Shown here in pieces: positions 1 to 11,500 of a DNA stretch of 64,000 bases; position 1 is the first letter of the stretch, and every line of letters begins with the position of its first letter. The notes below the pieces were generated by a model. That model saw only the letters and a program-made list of their open reading frames with translations, was not told the origin of the DNA and made no database searches. The position numbers and the translations under genes are program-made. The stretch covers positions 62,001 to 126,000 of the forward strand of contig DF236969.1 of NCBI GenBank assembly GCA_000708835.1, read 5' to 3'. The stretch comes from Klebsormidium nitens (taxonomy: Eukaryota; Plantae; Klebsormidiophyceae).

Positions 1-173
1 AACTGCCTCCAGACTGAATTTGCAAGTCCTCTTTTCCAAGGACCATGATGTCGTTTCGGCCACACGAGGTAGCTACTAAAACGACAATGACTGCAATGCG
101 TGCAAGGGAGGTAACTCAGTTCCCTTTAAGAGCCTTCTCAGCTTTGCCAACTTTCTGTCTTACTATCCTGCAG

Positions 174-2983
174 CTGCGATAACTGCGATCTGGCTACGGG
201 CCTTCCGCCAACAAGCCTGGCGTCAGGGGAATTCCAGATGATCGTAAAATTTATCTGCTCACCCAATCATCATCCTTCTAGCCAAAGCTTCCAAAGGGGC
301 AGATGCGGGACATAATTGCTGAAAACGGACCTCCTTTCTCTAAGAAACCATTCTGGCAGGACTTTACTATAGAATGTGGGCGGTCTTGTCTGGTTGGGTT
401 GAAGGACAGTAAAACATACTGCTGCGAAGGGATCTTGAATGAAACCGCGGGGCTTTGTTTGTGGTGGCTGCCTCCAAGGAGTTCCAGCTAGTTGCCTTGT
501 CTGACAAGAAGCATTCCCTTCCTGCAATTCACCTCATGCAGGCATTGGTCTTTGGGCTGAAGGATTCACATTGTGCATCAAATAAGTTACGCTCGAGAGC
601 CCAACAGTTTGAGTCTCAAGCAACATATCACCTGGTCCGTTTCGATTCAGCAGCCTTCTACGAGACGATTTAGTTTTGCTCCGGGTCAGGCACCCTTCAA
701 ACCCACCCTTCTTACACGCAAAACCCAATGGCTCTTGTCATCTTCGTCGGTTGGGCTGTGGAAGAAGCTGATGTCCACACATTTATTAACTTCCTCAGCA
801 GAGGACACGGAACCGGATAAAACCAAGACGAATGATAGTAAGCCCAGATAATAGTAAGGTAACCGCACTGTGACGGGTAGGGTTAGTATGGTGGTTAGGG
901 TGGGTACGGGTGTGCGAAGCGGGTCTTTTAATTAAGGTTGGGGTTTTTAGTGTTAGTCGGAGCTTACTTCTATCTTGGCTTACTATCATCTTTCTTGAGA
1001 GTTATTAATACCGGCGTACAAATGAAGGGCGCAGTAAAATTATTGACTGTGCTCCTTTTCTGCAGCTTTATACTCGGTGCGCGTACCGACACCGTCGGAC
1101 CGCCACGAAGATTTTGCGGAGTATGGGGGCAGTGACGCCAAGATCGAGGACGGCTTCAATTTCAGCCTGGACTTTTTCACAGCGCTGCCTTCCAATCTGG
1201 ACAACTACACAAAGGCCGAGACTGCAGGTGGGCGCCTCACAACTGTCTGAGTTCGAAATTGCAATATCTACAGCTCTTTTCAAGCATCCTGCCGGTTTTG
1301 AGGTTAGACGACTAAGTTAGTCAAGTCGAAAATCATACAGCGTCAACTAACATCGACAAACTTTTAAGCTTCCCTCTCTATCTGAAACTGGCAGATTGCT
1401 TGCAGAGAGCTGTATCTGTAAGCGAAGCTGAAGATTGGTCTGTCTGGAAAGGCCCGTTCTTGAAATGACGAAAGCATATGAACTCGAACCAGGGATTGAA
1501 AGCACTAGAACACCAACAGAATCCAAAAACAACTGAAGGCTCGGTCTTCGCGAACAAAAATTCCGCTTGTGTGTAGATGTGGTAACCTGACCGCTGATGA
1601 TGCATAAAGCCTCTGGGCGCATCTGTTTTTGATTGAGCGCTTCTCTTTAAGTTCTGAGTCTTCTATTCGTGACGTGCACGTCTGGCGTAACGTAGGCGGC
1701 TTATGCACTCTTTGCTTTGCCGGCTACTGACCCGTTGGCCGCGAAAGAAGCTGTCTCGGTTTGTCTTCGAGCGGCTGCTCTTCCAATCCTGGTGTGCATT
1801 CGTCCGATGGCTTGTCCGAGTGGCCCAAACTTCACGATGGACCACTCTGCGAGCTCTGGGTTTGAACGGTGTCCACGTGTCACGGCCGCTGTCCTGTCTG
1901 CCATTCACAAGCAGTAGGATCCGCCCCCCCGTACTATCCTACGAGCGACTCTTGAGATCTGGGGTGTCTGTGTCTAAATTTGTCTCAGAGCAGCTGCGTC
2001 AGATGCCGACTGCAGTCGATCTTTGCGTCTGCTGCACTGCCCTGCGCACGAGGTCAGCGTCTGGAAATGTTTGTCTCTAGGGGTGCCCGCCTTACAGTCG
2101 ATCTTAGCGTCTGCTGCACTGCGAATTTCTCAGACTGACACTCTGCGATCTCTGTGACCAGGTGTTGTGCAGGGCCGCTGCTGGGTGACCGCCGCGTCGG
2201 GCCCCACCCTGCTTTTCCCCCCACCCAGCCTGGAATGCATCCAGACCTTCTACTTCATCATCTCATCCGACGGGACGTACCAAGACTCCATGGGCACCCG
2301 GGTACGTCCCACCCTTTTTTTACTCTTATTTTCTTTTCTGCATTCTGTAATGTTTTTGCATTTTGTGTTTTTTGTTTTTCCGGTGTGATTTCTTGGCTCC
2401 TAACCGGTCGACCGGTCTCTTTCGCTTCCCCTCTGCGGCTCCCGGTCCAAACAACGCGCGGCGCTGTGCTTCTCCCTTAGAAGATCACTATCGGAGTCGG
2501 CCACGTGGCCTCTCTTTTCTTCCCGAATGCCTTACTACCAGGCTTTCATGTGCGGGGCACATCCGTCTGACATGATCTGGCGCGCCTCAGCCTTAGAAGT
2601 GAAGCCTCGTTTCCTATTTGTCTGCAATCTGCGACCCGGAGCGAGATGCTCGTTCCGCTTCCTGGTTTCAACCTTGAACCTTTGAAAGGGCTTCGGGACT
2701 ATTCCAGGGTTAACAGCGGGTTAGAAACCTCCACGTACGCTGGCGCCATGAAGCACAATAAAACCCATCTCTTTCCCCGGGCCTCACCTGTGCGTTCCGT
2801 TCCATTCGCGTGCAGAGCCTGTTCCTGACCAATTCCGCGGGCAACACTCCGCTCATGATCACGGGCGGAACCGGAAAGTACAAGTACGTGCAGGGGGAAG
2901 CCCAGAATATAGTGGAGGCTGCCACGAGCCCCAGTGGCAACAATGTCTATGACGGCTACTCGTTCACACTGAAGAACCTGTGA
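174..2983 (+). CDS. Allene oxide cyclase/dirigent-like beta-barrel protein, paralog A; 5' exons lie before the window; possible frameshift near 1075
   Basis: Exons 174-243 (CDNCDLATGLPP..EFQMI), 1066-1227 (..DRHEDF..IEDGFNFSLDFF..ETA), 2162-2301 (GVVQGRCWV..LECIQTFYF..DSMGTR) and 2816-2983 (SLFLT..LMITGGTGKYKYVQGEA..stop), all with GT-AG ends. The motif order matches recalled AOC (AGLCV, EATYSFYF, LAITGG.GIF..A.GQV). Exon-by-exon paralogy with the minus-strand gene at 4492-7486. Exon 174-243 ends in phase 0 but the conserved frame of the 1066 exon needs phase 1. Confidence 0.6.
825..996. mobile_element. Non-autonomous foldback/MITE-like element, copy 1 (intronic)
   Basis: Imperfect inverted arms 825-858 and 963-996 flank a G-rich core. 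Core 873-905 (acgggtagggttagtatggtggttagggtgggt) is identical to 46581-46613. No target-site duplication recognised. Confidence 0.55.
2013..2122 (+). repeat. Intronic direct repeat, 28 bp x2 (about 82-bp period)
   Basis: cagtcgatctt(t/a)gcgtctgctgcactgc at 2013-2040 and 2095-2122. Confidence 0.85.
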
Positions 2984-4041
2984 AAAAGACGGGCAGCGTC
3001 GTAAGTTATTGGGACGAACGACCCCTTCAAAGACTTTTCAAAAGCCGCTTCGACCGTAATTAGTTTCGGGGTTCGAGGCTGATAACACGGCCAAGTATGG
3101 AGTAGCTACTGATTGACGTGGGTCGAAAGGGGTATGCAGTCAAGCAGCCCGATCGTGTTCGTACTGATGATGGTATTTTTGTGACGAGAATAAGGTCCTG
3201 GTCGGAGAGTATGTGGAGCTCCCACAGCTGGGCCGGTCGTTTTTAACCGCAGTCGTCAAAGAACGCTTCGTCTCTACCAAAGCTTCGACTAATGTAGAAC
3301 ACTCATGAACCCAGCAGCTCTATAAAAGCGTCTTCTTTTTCTCTCAGAAGCAATGCGACGTCGCCCACTGGCAGCTGTTTTGCATGTCGATGTGTCTGGT
3401 TAGCAGTGTATTCTGAGTAAGAAACCACACTTGAACATCACTGTGAGGTAACAAAGTCTGATCCCCGCCTAATACATGTCTCATCCTCTTTTGTTGTGTC
3501 GAATGCATGTCTTACTCCACGGACGGCCCCCGTCCGTCCGTTGCGTTCCAAAAAGACGCCGCGCCTTGGATCAGACAAGGACAGACATGTCTGTGTGGTG
3601 TCCGAAGGCTGTCTGACCATGATTGCACCTCATGTCAGCCACATTTGACAACTTCGGCTGAGAAAAGTATGTGAACGACAAAGGCGTCGAATTCGTCATT
3701 AGCCATGTATACACCCTGTGCCGCGGCCGCAGCCATCTGGCGTCCCGAGTCAGATATTGCGGCACGTTGCGCTGGCCGCTGGGCGCCGGACTCATTCTCT
3801 CCGAGCAGCTGACACGTGTCGTCCGCAAGTGATAAAGGCGGTCCTCCGCAGCCAGCCCGAAGTGAAAGCTGAAAGCAGTCGCAGCAATATGCGATGTGGA
3901 GTTGGTCGAAGTTGCAGAAGGTCTTACTATATACGTCTCTGTCCTATGCGGGGGTGCCACCGGGCTAAAGGGATACAGTATCAGGAGAGTATTGGCCTCG
4001 AGATGATATTATCTATATTGCATATGACAATCTCGTGATGA

Positions 4042-4058
4042 TCTCTCTCTCTCTCTCT
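4042..4058. repeat. (TC)n microsatellite
   Basis: tctctctctctctctct. Confidence 0.9.
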
Positions 4059-4491
4059 ATCCATAAAATCAATATTGCACATGACGGATTACGATCTCAT
4101 GATCTCAGAAGGACCCCCACGGGCCCATATGAAAAGTAACTTTGTGATCAGCGGAGACCGTCTCCAATAGTTGAGGAGCACGAATTGGAATGAGCGTTAA
4201 ATTTGAAGACGTATATCTACTGAAACGGATTGCATAGTCAATCAGGCACATGGTCCATTAGCAAATGGAGGTAGAGATCGAATACAAATGGAGCACATGC
4301 TAACAAAGTTTACATCGTACTATTCCTCAGAACCAGGTTTTGGAAGCAGAGTCTGCCCCTTGCACCGACTCACCAAACCTTGCCCGTCCATGTTCCATCT
4401 GAAAGCTACAGACAGCTAGCTGCGCGTGACTGCCTTCGTTCATTCGCGTTGTACATCTTCTACAATCCTCGAATCACTTTGATCCTCTTTA

Positions 4492-7486
4492 TCACGACAG
4501 TGCGTAATATAGTTTGACGCCATCGTAGGTGTGGTTTCCGCTGGAGCTAACGATGCTCCTGGTGAAAATCGCTTCGCCCCGGGCAAGCCTGAACCTGCCG
4601 GTCCCGCTACTAATACCCCCCGGCTCACGGCGTCGCTGTAAAAGAACGGAGCCTGCAAAGACAGAACGAAACTTATTCTTCTTAGATTCGAGTACAGGGA
4701 AGAGGCACGGACGCTTAGCGAATCCGATTGTTAAGCGGCTTCCTAACACCGTCGTACAGCTTGATCACACCTGGTATATCCGAATCTTGATCACGTGAGG
4801 GGCCTCGCGATCGGAGGAGTTAGGGTGAGGAGCAGAGCTTTGGGGAGCGGTTGAAAGACTTGAGGTGGCAAAAGCTTCCGTGAAAGATAATCAGTGACCA
4901 TCCAGCTCGTTGATTACCGATGCGAAGACAATTTAAATCGATGTGTCAAACTTCGGGTGATTATAAGTCACTCGCATCTCCGATACGTGCGCCGCAAAGT
5001 CTTTGAATCTGCTTTATGAAAACTCCGGAAGCTCGAGAAACACCACAATCCAGTTCGCGTTGACGATCTATTTGGGATCTTTCCGATCCTTGCCTTCAAT
5101 TGTTTCGGTCTACTTATGTCAGTTGTTTATCTATCAGAGAAACCTGAATCGGGTTCGATCTTCAACTTTCAGCTGTGAGATTCAGGCCGATCTCAAACAG
5201 GGGAAGTGCGATCTACTGGCCCTTTTCTGCAGGCCTCTATCAGCTGAAGGGCGGCTCAGACTTGCTCCGAATCCTCAGGCTAAGCTGTCCGGTGAGGATC
5301 GCTCCGGAACGATAAATGGTGGCAGTAATGAAATTGGATCACTCACGTTGTATGAGATTGAGTCGTAGTATGTGCCAACCCCGTCGATGATGAAATAAAA
5401 GCTCTGGACACATTCCAAGGCGGCGGAAGAGTTGAATGGAAGAAGTCCAGTGGCAGTGACGAAGCAGTGTCCTTGGAACAGCCCTGGAAGTCAAAGGATC
5501 GGAAAGGACGGAGTAATCAGAAGTCACTTTGACACTTTGATTCAAGCCCTGCAATCGTACGGGTCAGCTTGACTGCCCCCATTTTGTAAAGATGCAACAA
5601 ACGGCAACCATATCAGCAGATGAACGTCACCTAACCCAGTCGTTGTCAAATTAACGCTGATTCTTACTCGCTTTTCAACCTCTTAAACATCTGCTTTGTG
5701 GGCAATGCCTAAAACTTCACGCCCTAACTGTGTGAAAGAGAGTCGAGGCTTTCGAGCTAAAGTGCCAAAAGGCCGCTCATGATTCTTGATGGCACTACTA
5801 CGAGCCCTCAGTAAGCCTCGCCGGCACGCTTACTCAAAGCCAATTCAAGAACACGTGTAGAGCTACGTATAAGTTCTTTTGATTGCTCCGTGTGTGCATT
5901 ATAAGTTGTCGTAGAAACCCAAAGCCTTTTAATTTTCCCTTCATCTTTCGTGGTTGCAAAACAGTCTACGGCCTGCAACAATTTGTCGAGGTTTGACATC
6001 TTCAAGGGAACCTGCTTGAAACAATATATATCTGTCTGTAGCATGATAAATCTGCATTTTCGTTAAGCGCACCTGCACTCTCCCCGGATACTGGGTTGTT
6101 CAGGTCTGCTGGGAGCTTGTCCGAAAGGAAAAAGTCCTCAGAGAAACTGAACCCGCCTTCAATGTCAGAGGTGTTGATGACACTGTGGCGGGGGCCCGGA
6201 ATCTGTGGCCGCTGAGTGAAAAGCTGCAAAACAAAAGATGACAATTGCGCCAAAATCAGAAATCAGATAACGTTATTGAGGCACAAGGTACAAGGGTGGT
6301 ACAAGCTGAAGGGAAGTGAGGATGTTCAAGCTGAGAAGAGCGTTTTGAAAGCGGGGCTGACGCACTCGAACGAAATGTTTAGCGCGTGTTGAGCTGAAGA
6401 TCCAACAGAAGCTGCTTCCAAGAGTCTTGGCCTCTCACGTCCTGATATTATGCGCGAGATGGTTGGTTATCATACAGGTAATGGCTTGACGAGCTCTGAT
6501 AAAGGATCTCATCGGGTTTGGGAGGCTTCAGAGGACAAGAGCTCACTTCAATCGTCTGGAAAGCGCTCGGAGGTTGGCCGGTGCTCAGGTCGCAATTGTC
6601 GCATCTGAAAACGTGAGAGATGGGAGAGCTATTTTACCCGTAGCTGTCACACCAGCTTTTCCAGAAGAAAGAAATGTCAGCAACCCCGTAAGGTAGTGTT
6701 CATGATCGAGAGCATAAGGTTGTTGCAATGGGTCGTCACCGGGGTACAAAGTTAGAAAAGCATAAATCAGCTATTTGGTCTACAGAATCTGGAAAGGCGA
6801 TTACGAAGTTGATGGCGTCATTGCCAACAGCTGCACTGTGTCGTCTGCATCTGTTAGGCTAAGCCAAACAGAAGTTCCACATGGATGGTGAGGCCTGACT
6901 TATTGCTCTGGCCCGTAAGTGGACAACTCTGATTGTTTCTAAGACTTTGAAATCTACGAGTAGTATGCGTCACAACCCACCAGCCCCCAAGCTGCTCTTT
7001 GATTGAGACCTCCTGTGCTACTAATCACCAGATTGAACCAGAGTGTACAATGAGTGTGTTTAAGCTGAGCTCAGGGCCTAGTTCCAAAGAAGAGGGGAAA
7101 GAACCAGGAAGCTAGTATTGTATCCTTCTTTTAATCCAGCTGCGCAATGCTGCCAATGTGCGGAATAGCCCAATGTGAAGTGCAAGCTGGCAGGGCATGT
7201 TGGGGAGAGGCCAAGACAACCAAGAAGCTGATCAAGATTTACAGCGAAGTTTCAGTGCAGTACTATGGCACCAAATCTTTGCTGATCAGGCTTACGTTGA
7301 GGTGCAACACGTCAGCTGCTGTGTGCCGTTCGAATAGCAGTAGTTGAGGCTGGCGGCACAAACACCTTCGCCGCAGATGCCCGCGCTTGCACATTTGCCC
7401 TCAGCGGAAACAGTACCGGAGCTGATCACCCAGAGAAAGGTGCAGGCAAAGACAAAAGCCAGCTTCAGGCTAGACGCTAGAGCCAT
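4492..7486 (-). CDS. Secreted Cys-rich AOC/dirigent-like beta-barrel protein, paralog B
   Basis: Exons 7486-7296 (MALASSLKLAFVFACTFLWVISSGTVSA signal-like, then C-rich CASAGICGEGVCAASLNYC..TCCTS), 6850-6740, 6604-6547 (CDNCDLSTGQPP), 6223-6073 (IEGGFSFSEDFF), 5483-5347 (GLFQGHCFV..LECVQSFYF) and a last exon from 4635 (in frame) or 4652 (needs a 1-nt correction) to the stop at 4492 (GISSGTGRFRLARGEA). Splice phases are consistent throughout. Confidence 0.7.
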
Positions 7487-8592
7487 GGTTTGCAAAGTCC
7501 CCTATAATTACTGAATGTGCAAATGAACTCAGGAAAGTTATGAAGTCAAAGACAAAGCGTTTGTTTAGGTATCTCTCGCTCTTCTAAAGTCGGACGCTTC
7601 GTTTGCCGGTCCGCCTGTTGACTTATTGACAGACGCCAGTGTACAAACTTCGCTTCAGCCTGTTCAGGCTTTTAAGGTGATCATCTTCCAGACTACAGTT
7701 ACACAGGTTGAAGCGGGCGCCCGTTGGGCTCGCGATGAGTGCCGAAGGCGATACAGCCCCGCCATGGCACTAGTGCTAGTGTACTTTGTGTAGTGACTAG
7801 TCCAAACTAAATAGCTCATGCTTTATTTCTAAATTCTGCCATGGTGCAGAATTCGTCCCCATGTACACCAGTATCCTTCGATGTCGACATCTACCGGCCA
7901 GTACACTGAATTAATTTGGTTTGTGCATACCCTATACGACCACATGCTCGGCATGCCGCATTGGCGACGAAGGCCGCAGAGTGGTAATTCTGCGACTCGG
8001 AGCATTCCATTCGCACGATGTTCTAGCTTTTTAGATCCGCCGTAGCCACATGAGCCATACTACATAGGCTTCCATGGCATCCATGGGAATCAATGTTCGA
8101 CACTTGAACGCCTAGAGCTACCCCACCGCCATCTCGCAGTGCTTGATTAGTACATACCTAGTTTGTCAACTTCTCCTGATGGCTACGATCCGGCCGATCA
8201 AACGATGAGGAGGCCCAAACCATACATCCAATCCCAATCTATAGGTTATAGCGCTTACACAGCAGGCATCCGTTGTCCTTTGGACATGTAAGTCGGGATA
8301 CCACTGTTAAATACCGTACATCCAGGCTTGCTCCATATTTGCCGCACTATTTGCTTTGAAAAGACGACCTTACTGCCTGGATACCGTCGTCAGCTAATTG
8401 GCTGGCAGACTTGGTCACCACCTTCTCTTACTGCTAATGTCCGACGGCCCCCGTAACCTGCAACTTCATTGGGATCGCTGGCATGCATTGGAAGACTACA
8501 AGTGCAGAATTCCAAGAAAAGTATCTAGTGGTGTTAAACCGAAACGCCCCGCATTGACCGAGTCCTTAAGCACTCGCTCTAGTTGCCGTCCC

Positions 8593-11500
8593 TTACTCGT
8601 CCCCCTGTATTTTCAGCTTCTTTTTCTTCTTCCTCGCCTTCGGCTTTACCGCCGCCTCGAGCGTCAGCTCTTCGTCGTCCACCTCCATCCTCACCCCCTC
8701 TCTCCCTACGCTCTTGCTCGCCCCCGCCCCCCCTCTTTCCGTCGCCTCTAGTTGCTTCCCGGAACCCCCCGAAAACTCGCCCCGTAGCTCAACTCGGGCT
8801 TCCTCCTCTTCGTCGCTATCTAGGGCGAAGTTGGCGGTTGGCGTGGGGGCCGGTTGGGTTACATTTCCGGGTTTAGCAGGGTTTTGCATTTTGAGGAGGG
8901 TTTGAGGTTTAGAAGAGGTTTTCTGGGGGGGAGGCTTTTGCCCCAAAAGAGCCGCCACCTGGTCGAACTCGTCTAGAGCTTCGGCGGTCGGACCCCCTGG
9001 AAAGGCGAGAAAGGATGACGTCAGTGCAAGCCACTTTTCAGAGCGACTGTTGTCAGCTCCGCTTAGTGGAATGCGCCGGTGGCACACAGTCGGAGCGAGA
9101 GGCACAGACGCAGACCGGAAGCGAAAGTGCTGAACCGGGAGATGTGTGATAAGCTCGGAGGCTAGAAAGACGTTGTTGGTCATAGCTCTGTCAAATTTGA
9201 GGATCAGACAAGGAGATACACAGAGACGCAACGTCGAAGGGAACAGTGCGGAAACCGGGTTAGCGGCAGTCTGCAGACGAAGCAGCCGTGATCAACAATT
9301 GCAAGAGAGGAAGATGCCTATCTATGGCCTGAGAATGCCTCCAAGCACTCCAATTGTAGTAGAGAACCAAGCCATGTGGCTTCTCCTCATTAAGCAGCTT
9401 TTGAAAAGCCAGTAATGCATGCTCCAAACCTATCCTGGGGCAGAAAAATCGTTCAAGCGTCTCAAGCGTCGGAAGATTCGCACGAATAAAGGCCGCCGCA
9501 CCTTTGGCCGCCGGCCGCTCCCTCCTCCAGTCCCGTTTTCGCCCCGCCTGCGCCCCGCTGACGTCATCCTCCTCCAGCCACGTGGACGCGCCCCCGGCGA
9601 ACGCCCCCGCGCCCTTTTTTGCACCCCCGGCTCCCGATTTGCTTTTCCCAACCACCGGTGTCGGAGTTTCCTCGATCTCCTCCTCTTCTTCATCGCTTTC
9701 GTCTTCCTCATCGGTATCCTCTTCCACTAACCCTTCCGCTAACCCCTCCTCTACCTCCATAACCCCAACTGTTTCCTGCGTCGTTTCGAGCATGATGGCG
9801 GAACCAGAGTGTAAATCGGCCCCGGAGAGGACTAGGTCCGCGCCAGACGGGGCCCGCGGGTGCCTTTTCACCTTGCTCTGCTGACGTTCGACTTCGTGCG
9901 CCTCGACGGCTTTGCGGATCTCCTCCGTGATGGCTGTGGCTTTGGCGGTGGCGATGCGCGCGCACCGCAGCACCTAGCAGGGGGGATACGTCTGGAATAC
10001 TTTTCCCAGAACAAGGGCCATAAGATGATAAATCTGGGATCTCCTAAGATTTAGGTCCAAAGAGAAAGAAGATAAAAGCAGATGCTGAGAGCTCGAACAC
10101 ACTGAAATCGTCAATCCCAAAGTCAGCGCTCAGCGTTCGTAATCCCCCCCCTAACCCCCACCCTGACCCCGACCGTTCTCCAGGCTTGGCCCCTCTCGAA
10201 CCATGAACCTTATTTCTCAGCACTTGAGACGGGGCTTCGCTTCGGAATAAGGAAAAGGTAACGAAGCGGGGTTCAGACGACTGGTTGACAGACAGAATTA
10301 CTGTCTTGACGACGAAGAAGCTTGGACACCATTCCGGCTTGTGAATCGAGACTTCAGATTTCTCAACAGTGGATAAGGCGCCGAAGACGATCAACAAACG
10401 GCGGAGTCGGAGTTTCAAAGAATCGTAAAACGGCTCTCCGAGCAACTTGCTGCTTTGGGCCAAAATGAGATCAGACTACACTTATATGACGGAAGAATGT
10501 CCGTTAAAATCTTAGCTTGTAGCAAGACCACAGATTGTTGCGACGAGACCATGATACGTTTGCCGGTCAGCTGGGGACTGACTGCGAGGAGCATAGCCGC
10601 TGAACGCCACGCCTCGGCCCCGAGTACTTCCAAGCCGTCAAAACCCTGAGCTAAAATGCTTTCAGAAGCCGCTTAAGACACGTGGGATAAGGCTTAAGAC
10701 CGCAAAGACAGCCCGACACTGGACAAAACCAGAAGCGGACTCTCGAGCCCGATACACTCAAGCGTCGATGTATAGAATCTAACTTTCGGTATTTCCAAGA
10801 ATTGGGCGGCGGTTTTGAACAACAAGAGCAACCCGGTCTCGGAGAGCAACCCTTACTTGGTCTGAAGTGATCCCGACGCCGCCGCCCTTTTGAATGGCGC
10901 AGATCTCGCCGTGAGCATTCACGGTGATGGTCATCCGGCTGCCCATGGTCGCCTCCTCCTTCCACACAGGGTCCAACACCTGCGTCGGAACGTGTGCGGC
11001 TATTACCCAAGTGCAGGTTACAATAGTTGTTACAATCGGATTCTCAAACACCTAGGTAGTGTCTGACATTTGACTTAAGACACGACGATTGCAGAAAACG
11101 ACACCCAGTGTGTTTATCAGAGCTTCCGACTTTGACTTTGAAATCTGACTTACGCACCTTTCGTGAATGGTTTTCGGAATCGAGAGCAAGTGCTGCTCAC
11201 GCTGTTAATATCAAATGACAAAGACCATTGCAGATTGCGTGAGCAACTCGATCAGAAATCTGGATCGCCACAACGAGAACGAACTTGAGAGGCTGCCGCT
11301 TGCGAAAGGTCTCCCTGTTGACAGGTGCGGATTCGAATCAAATGCAGATAGTGCTTAGCAGAGAACGTGCGGAAAAGATGAAGAACTAGAAGTGCGAGAC
11401 AAGAGTCTTACCACCAGCTCGCCCTCCTCGAAGAACGCAAAAGTGACCGCGACTGGAAGATGGTGGATAGTGAGGGGAACCGGGTCGCGTTCCTGAGAAC

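Noticed and set aside
455-820. Open-looking frame with one internal stop inside the AOC-like intron
   Set aside because: No recognisable motif and no splice support; cannot be called a gene or a transposon.
873-956. Interstitial telomere
   Set aside because: Only isolated TTAGGG-like words and no tandem array; better explained as the core of a foldback element.
3571-4038. ORFs of 106-129 aa and a stop-interrupted frame between the convergent AOC-like genes
   Set aside because: No family motif or consistent exon chain; possibly a decayed element but unsupported.
7715-7801. Helitron-like 3' end (GC-rich segment, ggcactagtgctag|t, second ctag|t)
   Set aside because: The hairpin is short, and no 5' TC end, second copy or RepHel remnant was seen.
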